In this document: in pieces, positions 57,030 through 64,000 of the stretch
How the letters are laid out: each line of letters starts with the position of its first letter
How positions within the stretch are numbered: position 1 is the first letter of the stretch
IMG/VR virus record: IMGVR_UViG_3300036851_000172
Location: 1 to 64,000 of that record
Length of the DNA stretch: 64,000 nt
Direction: 5' to 3' (one strand)
Source of the DNA: a virus
Notes under the pieces: model-generated
What the model was told of the DNA's origin: nothing
Seen by the model: only the letters and a program-made list of their open reading frames with translations
Database searches by the model: none
Made by a program: the position numbers and the translations under genes

Positions 57030-58176
57030 GAACTCCATGAATGGCGGCGCGGGTGGCCACAGAGCAGATGTCACCGATGACCATCCTCGAGGTGCCTCCG
57101 CGCCGTCCCCCGACCTCGTCACAACCATCTCCGAAATTCGCTATTGGCATCACCAGCGGGTGTTCGCGATGGATCAGCGAAAGCGGGCTGATCTCGCGCT
57201 CGGCGCCTTCCTGCGGGGCGTATTGGGTTGGTCGAGATCGTTACCGAAGGCAGAGGCTGAGGCCATCAATAGGCGTGCCGCCGATCTCATCGAGACCGGC
57301 GAGCGGATGCTCAAGCAAAAGCAGGGCCGCCCGATCCGTAAGACGGTCAACGGCGCCGATCCGCTCTATCAGGAGTGGGCGAGCTTCATCGAGGGATGCT
57401 TGAACGGGCGCGCGCACTATGTCGCGATCGAGGATAAGGCGGTGGCCGAGATGGAACGCCTTGCGGCATTGCTGCCGGTCGCGTCTTGGTTCAACGCCAA
57501 CGTCTTCTCATCCTCGTTCGTTTCGCTCGCGGTCATCATTGCGGAGACGGGCGACCTGTCTGGCTACGCCAACCCCGGCAAGGTCTGGAAGCGCATGGGC
57601 CTTGCCGTGATGAACGGCGTGCGCCAGGGCGGGTTGCGCAAGACCGCCTCGAAAGACGAATGGATCGCGCACGGGTATAGCGCCAAGCGCCGCTCGTTCA
57701 TGTTCGTCATCGGCGATGTGCTGGTCAAGAAGCAGGGCTATTTGCGCGAGGTCTATCTCGGGGAAAAGCAAAAGCAGCGCACGAAGGCGGTGGCAGCGGG
57801 ATTGACCGTCGCTCCGGCTGCCAAGATTCCGGAAAAGCGCAAGGCGGAATTCATCAGCGATGGCCACATCCACAAGATGTCCCAGCGCTATATGGAAAAA
57901 CGTCTGCTCAAAAATCTTTGGCAGGCGTGGCGGCGGGCCACCCCGAATCTGGAAACCAGTGAATTAGTGCCCGCCGCAAAAATAGAACCGCAGGCCGTCT
58001 CTCTCGTGAATTCCATTGGAGGTTTGCCTGTGGAGCGCTCGGCCAGGCTCGTTCAGCCAACCATACAAAACGTGCCGAGCGCATCTATTCCGGCGAGAGC
58101 CGGTAAGCGGCGGGCCAGGATCGACGCGAACTCCAATGTACCAGTGCCCGCCGCAAATCTATCGCCTACAACCTAA
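57019..58176 (+). CDS. Nuclease-less IS110-related / Nop-domain protein (TasA-like)
   Basis: Coiled-coil N-terminus; LAVIIAETGDLSGYANPGKVWKRMGL (IS110 C-domain-like motif); HKMSQRYMEKRLLKNLWQAW helix; no DEDD/RuvC domain visible; GGGAG RBS before ATG 57019. Confidence 0.82.
   Translation: MTRKNSMNGGAGGHRADVTDDHPRGASAPSPDLVTTISEIRYWHHQRVFAMDQRKRADLALGAFLRGVLGWSRSLPKAEAEAINRRAADLIETGERMLKQKQGRPIRKTVNGADPLYQEWASFIEGCLNGRAHYVAIEDKAVAEMERLAALLPVASWFNANVFSSSFVSLAVIIAETGDLSGYANPGKVWKRMGLAVMNGVRQGGLRKTASKDEWIAHGYSAKRRSFMFVIGDVLVKKQGYLREVYLGEKQKQRTKAVAAGLTVAPAAKIPEKRKAEFISDGHIHKMSQRYMEKRLLKNLWQAWRRATPNLETSELVPAAKIEPQAVSLVNSIGGLPVERSARLVQPTIQNVPSASIPARAGKRRARIDANSNVPVPAANLSPTT
57044..57106 (+). ncRNA. 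TIGR-like stem-loop guide unit U3
   Basis: gcggcgcgggtgg-CCA-cagagcaga-TG-tcaccgatga-CCA-tcctcgagg-TG-cctccgcgccgt (10-nt loop). Confidence 0.8.
57930..58154 (+). ncRNA. TIGR-like stem-loop guide array U4-U7
   Basis: U4 57930-57977, U5 57988-58033, U6 58035-58082, U7 58107-58154; each is stem-CC(A/G)-9nt-(T/A/C)G-4nt-CCA-9nt-TG-stem. Confidence 0.9.
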
Positions 58177-58240
58177 TAACAGTTCGTCGGGTTGCGTGAT
58201 GTTGCTTGCGTATCGTTCACACGAATCGGGAGAAACGAAC

Positions 58241-59350
58241 GTGCAATTTCGCGATCATCCGGCCGTGCAAGGCAAGCGCGATTTCTATCCGGTCGATCCG
58301 CGCAAGCTCAAAGTGGACGACGCATACAATGTAAGAGACATGCAGGCGAAGGAGACGCGTGATCACATCGCCTGGCTGAAGGCATCGATCATCGCGGGCG
58401 GCGTGCACACTCCGCTGGAAGTCCGGCTCGACGGCAAGAATATCTTTGTCGTTGCAGGGCATTGCAGGCTGGCCGCCGTCCTCGAGGCGATCGAGGAAGG
58501 GAATCCGATCGCGACCGTACCCTGCATCCCGGAAGCCAAAGGTACCGACGAGATCGACCGCACGGTCAACCTAGTCATCTCGAATTCCGGCAAGCCGCTG
58601 TCACCATTGGAAGTGGCGAAGGTGGTCAAACGGCTCCAAGGCTACGGCTGGGAGCCGAAGCAGATCGCCGAACGGCTGGGCTGGAAGTCCACCAACACGG
58701 TCAAGCAACATCTCGACATGCTGGCGCTGCCGGAAGGCGTCAAGAAGCACGTCCGTGAAGGCAATGTCTCGGCGACGACAGCGCGTCATCTCGCGAAGGG
58801 CGTCGATCCGGACGAAGCCGAGAAGATGATCCAGGCGAACCTGGAAGAGAACCGGCGCATCAAGGGACCAAGGCGGCGAACGACAGTCACACGAAAAACG
58901 ATCGAGCGGGACAGGCCGAAGCCGCGAGCGGCCGAGGCCAAGTACGAGCCCCAGCCAGTTCCGGAACCGGTAGCGGCATCGGAAACTGTTTCGATTGTTT
59001 TCGGCAAGTCTGGCGGCGCAGGTGGCGGCAACAGCCTTTCGTCGCAGCCTCCAGAGCAGATGCCGGCTCCGGTGGCTGAGCAGCGTGAGACATCAATTCA
59101 GCCAGCCAATCCCGACTGGAACGGCCCAACGCTCGCCGACTGCCAAGTTCGGATTGAGTCGTTCGAACGCCCGCCCGCAGGCGTCAAAGACCTCATCGAC
59201 GCGCTCGCCCCCTTCGCCCACTGCGCCGAGTTGAATTTGCTCTATGCACGCGACGACAGCGAGGTGATCGAGGTTCTTGTCGGCGACATCAAGCGCGCTT
59301 GGAAGGCCTGGTCGAAGGCGACTGGCGCCGACGTGAAGGATGCAGCCTGA
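58241..59350 (+). CDS. ParB/Srx-like N-domain protein with HTH
   Basis: YNVR, LKASI..GGV..PL.V, VVAGHCRLAA (GxxR), N..KPLSPLE.A, IAERLG. Confidence 0.85.
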   Translation: MQFRDHPAVQGKRDFYPVDPRKLKVDDAYNVRDMQAKETRDHIAWLKASIIAGGVHTPLEVRLDGKNIFVVAGHCRLAAVLEAIEEGNPIATVPCIPEAKGTDEIDRTVNLVISNSGKPLSPLEVAKVVKRLQGYGWEPKQIAERLGWKSTNTVKQHLDMLALPEGVKKHVREGNVSATTARHLAKGVDPDEAEKMIQANLEENRRIKGPRRRTTVTRKTIERDRPKPRAAEAKYEPQPVPEPVAASETVSIVFGKSGGAGGGNSLSSQPPEQMPAPVAEQRETSIQPANPDWNGPTLADCQVRIESFERPPAGVKDLIDALAPFAHCAELNLLYARDDSEVIEVLVGDIKRAWKAWSKATGADVKDAA

Positions 59351-59529
59351 TGGCGCGCTACCCGATCCTGCGCGCATCTGCGCATGTCCGCCACGCCACC
59401 GTGGTGGCTGCGGCCTGGTGGTGGTGCCCGCCGGTGATGATGGTGCGGTTGGCCGACCATGCCGACGTCGTCGATGACTTCTACGACGCGTTGGAAGGCA
59501 AGGACGACGACGATGAGGGCGCGGACTGA
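59350..59529 (+). CDS. Small WWWCPP-motif protein (not in ORF track)
   Basis: MARYPILRASAHVRHATVVAAAWWWCPPVMMVRLADHADVVDDFYDALEGKDDDDEGAD*; paralogue of 5497..5679. Confidence 0.75.
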   Translation: MARYPILRASAHVRHATVVAAAWWWCPPVMMVRLADHADVVDDFYDALEGKDDDDEGAD

Positions 59530-60437
59530 TGCAAATCACCCGCGCCAACATCGATGAGCTGCTGGATGCCGGCGCATTGCAATTCAACGGCGGCCCCTAT
59601 GGCTGGCTCGTCATGCGCCGCGACGGGCCAACGGAACGAACGAGGCGAAGCATCTATCTCAACTACGAAGTCGGCGAATGTTTCCAGGTGTTCGGTGCGA
59701 TCGGGGATTATGACTTCGATGTGAACGGCGGGGCGCTGTCGTCGTATTGGTATCGCGTGCGGTTGCAGTGATCGACAGATGATTGAGAGGTGATACTTAT
59801 GGCGACGCCTTTGGAAATAGACATCGCGCTTTGGTACTGCACGAGAGCTGGAGATTATGGCGCCCAGACGGGCGACTACAATTTCCTTGCGCCAGGAGTC
59901 CAAGACGCCTTTCAGCGCATGGTCGATGCTGGCTTGCTGAAGAAGCACGTTCCGAATAGCGACCTTCCACAACATTTCCACAACACCGAAGGCTTGCTGG
60001 TCTACGTCGAAGCGCTCTGCGCCATTCCTTGGCCGGAACAGCGCTGGGTCGTCCCCGACGTATCACACACCAAAGGTGAGCTATAGATGAGCGAAGTCCG
60101 CATCCCGATCTTCATCCAGTGCCGCTCTGGTGAGAAGGCTATCGAGGCATGGGCGCGCAACGCCGATGCGCCGCTTGCCTGTCACCCTATCTACAACAAC
60201 GCCAGTGACGACGGCGCCTGGATCATTACGCATCGCAAGACCGGACTGGTCGTCAATCCTTCGCGCACCTATTCCAAGGATGACGCGCTGGCCCTGATCG
60301 ATATTTACGCACCACTTGCCGATTGGGACGGCGAGCCGATGAAGGTCGCGGGACTGCGTGACGTGATCGAGGCCGCATATGAACAATTCGAGCCATCATC
60401 AAATACGCAACAATCGCTCACTCCGCATGAGCAATAG

Positions 60438-61193
60438 ATGACGCAGCTCGTCCTCTCACTGTTTCCCGGCATTGGTCTGCTCGACATGGCTTTCGAGGAA
60501 GAGGGCTATTGCGTCGTACGCGGGCCGGATTTGCTCTGGGGTGGCGACATCAAACGCTTCCATCCGCCGGCCGGCAAGTTTGAGGGCATCATTGGCGGGC
60601 CGCCGTGTCAGGCATTCTCACGGCTGCGGCATATCGTCGAGGCCAACGGCTACCAAGTCGCAGAGAACCTGATCCCGGAATTTGAGCGCGTTGTCGCTGA
60701 AGCGCAGCCGAAGTGGTTCCTGATGGAGAACGTCCCGGCCGCCCCGGCACCCTTCGTGCCCGGATACGTTGGGGTGTCAAGGATCACGCGCGATTATTGG
60801 GTCGGCGGCATTACCAACCGCGAGCGACGGTTCACGTTCGCTGCATGGGGCTCGTGGGCAGCTGACGGCTTCCATCTGCCTAGCCTTGCTCTACACACGA
60901 CCGAGCCTGAGCACTCGGCACTCGCGTCCGGCGGCGGTCGCCCCGTGCCCGTGGCCGTTGGTGGCAGCGGCAAGGTCAAGCGCAGCAAAAAAAGCGCGCT
61001 GAAAAACTACGGCTACAAGACCGCCGATGCCTTCGCAAACCATTGCCGGCTGCAAGGTCTGCCAGACGATTTTGACTTGCCGCCATTCTCGGTCGCCGCA
61101 AAGGTTAAGGCGGTTGGCAACGGTGTGCCGCTCGCAATGGGGCGCGCCGTAGCGAAGGCAGTCAAAGCCGCAAGTATAGCACACGACGAATAA
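60438..61193 (+). CDS. DNA cytosine-5 methyltransferase
   Basis: SLFPGIG, GGPPCQ.FS, MENV, RER, RLQG.P, VGNGV. Confidence 0.92.
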   Translation: MTQLVLSLFPGIGLLDMAFEEEGYCVVRGPDLLWGGDIKRFHPPAGKFEGIIGGPPCQAFSRLRHIVEANGYQVAENLIPEFERVVAEAQPKWFLMENVPAAPAPFVPGYVGVSRITRDYWVGGITNRERRFTFAAWGSWAADGFHLPSLALHTTEPEHSALASGGGRPVPVAVGGSGKVKRSKKSALKNYGYKTADAFANHCRLQGLPDDFDLPPFSVAAKVKAVGNGVPLAMGRAVAKAVKAASIAHDE

Positions 61194-61288
61194 TCAGACC
61201 GTTCTAGTTCCTGTCGCGTTTGTAGTTCCCCAGTCCAGTTGCATCAGTTGCGTGTTGCGTATCCCTCACATCGAAGGATCGATCACGC

Positions 61289-61894
61289 ATGGGTGTGCAT
61301 TGGCCAGATGACGTCATCGATCGGCTGACGTCGCTGTGGAAGTCGGGCGCGTCGTGCTCCCGCATCGCCCAAAAGCTAAACGACAGATTCGGGATGGGGC
61401 TCACCCGCAATGCGGTGATCGGCAAAGTCCATCGGTTGAAGCTGGCGAGCAGGCCGCGGAAACCCGGTGAGCCGCCAGCCGAACGGGCACCGCGATCCGA
61501 CACGGCAAAAGCATCGAAACGAATTCAGCTCAAGCGCAACCGCCCGAAGTGGGACGCGCAGACGCAATCCTTCGAACCCGAAACGGAGCCTCAAGTGGCG
61601 AGTGTTCTCATGTCCGATCTCGATATACCGAAGTCGCAGCGCAAGACGCTGATGCAGTTGACCGAGCACAGCTGCAGGTGGCCGGTCGGTGATGTCGGCG
61701 CTCCGGATTTCTTCTTCTGTGGTGCGGAGCCGATGAAGGGTTGTGCGTATTGCGTGCCGCATCAGCATCGCTCGCTCAGCGGCAGCAGCCGCAACATCAG
61801 CGATGAGGAGCGGGCGCGGCGCGAGCAGTTCGGCGCCAAGGCGGCAGAGCGATTCCGTCAGGGTCGGCAAGCTTTCGAGCGGGTGGCGTCATGA
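61289..61894 (+). CDS. gcrA: GcrA cell-cycle regulator homologue (phage B)
   Basis: W....I..L..LW..G.S...IA..L...TRNAVIGKVHRL; LMQLTEHSCRWPVGD....DFFFCG...YC..H. Confidence 0.9.
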   Translation: MGVHWPDDVIDRLTSLWKSGASCSRIAQKLNDRFGMGLTRNAVIGKVHRLKLASRPRKPGEPPAERAPRSDTAKASKRIQLKRNRPKWDAQTQSFEPETEPQVASVLMSDLDIPKSQRKTLMQLTEHSCRWPVGDVGAPDFFFCGAEPMKGCAYCVPHQHRSLSGSSRNISDEERARREQFGAKAAERFRQGRQAFERVAS

Positions 61895-62292
61895 GCGCAG
61901 CAACCTCCTATCAGGCACCACCTCTCGGCGCTCTCTGCTATCTCGCGACGCCATATTCAAAGTATGCCGGCGGTCTCGATGCTGCGTTCCGCGATGCTGC
62001 GAAGCTCGCCGCGCTGCTCTTGCGCGCCGGAGTCAAGTGCTACAGCCCGATCGCACACACGCATCCGATCGCGGTTCACGGCAAGGTCGATCCGCTCGAT
62101 CATTCAATCTGGCTGCCCTTCGATGAGGCCATGATGCGTGCAGCCGACGTGCTGCTGGTCGCCGAGATGGACGGGTGGAAGGAAAGCAAAGGCGTCCTGC
62201 ACGAGATCAACTTCTTCGCTACGGCTGGCAAGCCGGTGTTTTACCTCGATCCGGCGACGTTGACGATGCGCAAGCAGGCAAGGGCGGCATGA
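61891..62292 (+). CDS. DUF1937 / nucleoside deoxyribosyltransferase-like protein
   Basis: YLATPYS, SPIAHTH, GWKESKGV..EI..F...GKPV. Confidence 0.8.
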   Translation: MSAATSYQAPPLGALCYLATPYSKYAGGLDAAFRDAAKLAALLLRAGVKCYSPIAHTHPIAVHGKVDPLDHSIWLPFDEAMMRAADVLLVAEMDGWKESKGVLHEINFFATAGKPVFYLDPATLTMRKQARAA

Positions 62293-62523
62293 GCGATATC
62301 GATCTCGACGATGACGCCGACGACCGCGCCATCGCCCGCGAGCGCGCCGAGCGCACCATGCAGCGGCGCACCGAGACCTGCGCCATGCATTGGCAATTGC
62401 TTCAAGCCTTTCTCGGCCGGGCCTCCAGCATTGTCCGCGACGGCAGGAACGTGCGCGTGCAGTTTTCAGCCGAGATCGATGCGGAGCAGTTCGCGCAATT
62501 CATCGGCAGGAAGTGGGGCGTCA

Positions 62524-63507
62524 ATGGCTGACAAGTCCGCCATCGAATGGACCGACGCGTCCTGGACGCCGATTCGCGCGCGCAACCTCAAGACCGGCAA
62601 GCTCGGCTGGCATTGCGAGCACGCCACGACCGGGTGCGAGTTCTGCTATTCCGAAGGATTCAACAAGCGGCTTGGCACTGGCCTCCAGTACAAACCCGGT
62701 CACCGCAAGGACATCGAGATATTCCTCGACGAAGACATGCTGAAGGCGCCATTGCGCTGGAAAAAGCCTCGCATGATCTTCGTCTGTTCGATGACCGACG
62801 CCTTTGGAGACTTCGTCAAGGACGAATGGCTCGACAAGATGTTCGCCGTCATGGCGCTGTGTCCACAGCATACCTTCCAGGTGCTGACGAAGCGTGCGGA
62901 GGGGATGCGCGACTATCTGACATCAAAGAACGTCGCGACGCGGATTGCGCATCATTCAATCCTGTTGGCCGGTCCGCGAGAGGACCGCGTCATTTCCGAG
63001 CGGGTTCTTTGGTCAATCGGTTTGCGAGAAAAGCCGGTTCCGAACGGCTTCGTTAATTGGCCGCTTCCCAACCTATGGCTCGGAGTCTCCTGCGAACGTC
63101 AGCAGGAAGCCGATGAGCGCATTCCGTTTCTGTTGCAGATGCCGGCAGCGGTGCGATTCGTATCGGCTGAGCCGCTGTTGGGGGCGATTGATCTTCTCGG
63201 CAACCATTGGCTGACGCAATTCATTCCGGCCGAGGGCGAGCCATTTCCAGCACGGTTGGACTGGGTCATCGTCGGTGGTGAGAGCGGCCATAACGCGAGG
63301 CCGTTCCATATCGACTGGGCTGAATCGATTGTCGCTCAATGTGCCTATCGGGGCGTCGCCTGCTTCGTCAAGCAACTCGGCGCCTGCGCCATGTCGGACG
63401 GCTATCCGATGCACTACGCCGATCGCAAGGGCGGCGATTGGGACGAGTGGCCGGAGTCGCTGCGCGTCCGACAATTCCCAGTTGCCGCCCGCGAGGTCGC
63501 TGCATGA
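62524..63507 (+). CDS. DUF5131 (Gp37Gp68) family protein
   Basis: SAIEWTDASW.P, C.....GC..CY, IFVCSMTD.F, HTFQVLTKR, SAEPLLG, DWVIVGGESG, FVKQLG. Confidence 0.9.
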   Translation: MADKSAIEWTDASWTPIRARNLKTGKLGWHCEHATTGCEFCYSEGFNKRLGTGLQYKPGHRKDIEIFLDEDMLKAPLRWKKPRMIFVCSMTDAFGDFVKDEWLDKMFAVMALCPQHTFQVLTKRAEGMRDYLTSKNVATRIAHHSILLAGPREDRVISERVLWSIGLREKPVPNGFVNWPLPNLWLGVSCERQQEADERIPFLLQMPAAVRFVSAEPLLGAIDLLGNHWLTQFIPAEGEPFPARLDWVIVGGESGHNARPFHIDWAESIVAQCAYRGVACFVKQLGACAMSDGYPMHYADRKGGDWDEWPESLRVRQFPVAAREVAA

Positions 63508-63815
63508 CCCGCACCCGCGACACCTTCGACATGTTCTCCCCGCCGGACCGCGGCCGCTTCGGCGACAATGAATCCATCCGTGGCAACGACAGCGTCCGGT
63601 CGAACCTCTGCGATCTCGATCTGATCCTGCACAACGACAATCCGCAAAAGAAGGCCATCGCTGTTTCGCTGGCCAAGGACACCCCGTTCGCGCGCTGGGC
63701 GTGGCTGCCACGATCGATGATCGAATACGAGAAGACCGGCATTGGCCGGGACGGCGGCGCATTGGTGCGGGTGACGCTGCCGGAGACATTGGCGAAGCAG
63801 AAGGGGTTGATATGA
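63504..63815 (+). CDS. Hypothetical protein
   Basis: KAI.V...WLPRS.IE...VTLPE.LA..KGLI; ATGA overlap with the previous gene. Confidence 0.65.
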   Translation: MTRTRDTFDMFSPPDRGRFGDNESIRGNDSVRSNLCDLDLILHNDNPQKKAIAVSLAKDTPFARWAWLPRSMIEYEKTGIGRDGGALVRVTLPETLAKQKGLI

Positions 63816-64000
63816 CGGAGGACCGAAAACCGTTCTGGGTCAAGTGCCCGACGTGTTCCCACTGCTGGGCGGCGGTGTATGCCCCGATGGAGGTGCGAGC
63901 GTTCGCCGAGACCGTGATGGCAGCGCGGTGCCCGATGTGCGGCGAGACCAAGAAGATCGGTATCGCCAAACAGGATAACGGAAAGCTGCTTGAGAATTGC

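Noticed and set aside
57930-58154. CRISPR array or a run of intrinsic terminators
   Set aside because: No constant 23-47 bp repeat and no cas genes; stems lack U-tracts and enclose a fixed CCA-9-TG-4-CCA-9-TG core.
57019-58176. IS110/IS116 insertion sequence
   Set aside because: Only the C-terminal-domain-like motif is present. No DEDD RuvC domain or catalytic-Ser SG motif is visible, the gene is coupled within a phage operon, and the flanks are multi-unit guide-like hairpins rather than IS ends.
58900-59100. Additional guide units in the ParB linker
   Set aside because: CCA triplets occur but without TG at +9 or flanking complementary stems.

Overview
The whole window is temperate-phage DNA with no recognisable host genes. 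GcrA homologues and the GC-rich sequence point to an alphaproteobacterial host (inference). Positions 1-47085 form one apparently complete, circularisable podovirus-like genome (phage A): integrase, cI/cro switch, PBSX-type terminase, split portal, scaffold, major capsid, a methyltransferase plus two glycosyltransferase-like genes, adaptor, nozzle, ejection proteins and lysis genes. From about 47086 the early region of a second, related but heteroimmune phage (phage B) follows in the same orientation. It has a paralogous integrase but different repressors and operators. The main signal is in phage B at 56641-58176. A nuclease-less IS110/Nop-domain-like protein (TasA-like) is surrounded by seven stem-loop units of the form stem-CCA-9nt-TG-loop-CCA-9nt-TG-stem, the architecture of TIGR dual-spacer guide RNAs. 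All seven lie inside open reading frames, and a ParB-like gene follows directly. Other leads are a candidate virion-glycosylation cassette, two acr-aca-like small-gene operons, a hairpin-dense candidate ncRNA of about 0.5 kb, a three-catalytic-domain lysin and a conserved gene convergent with cro in both phages. All family calls come from motif recognition by eye; no database search was run.
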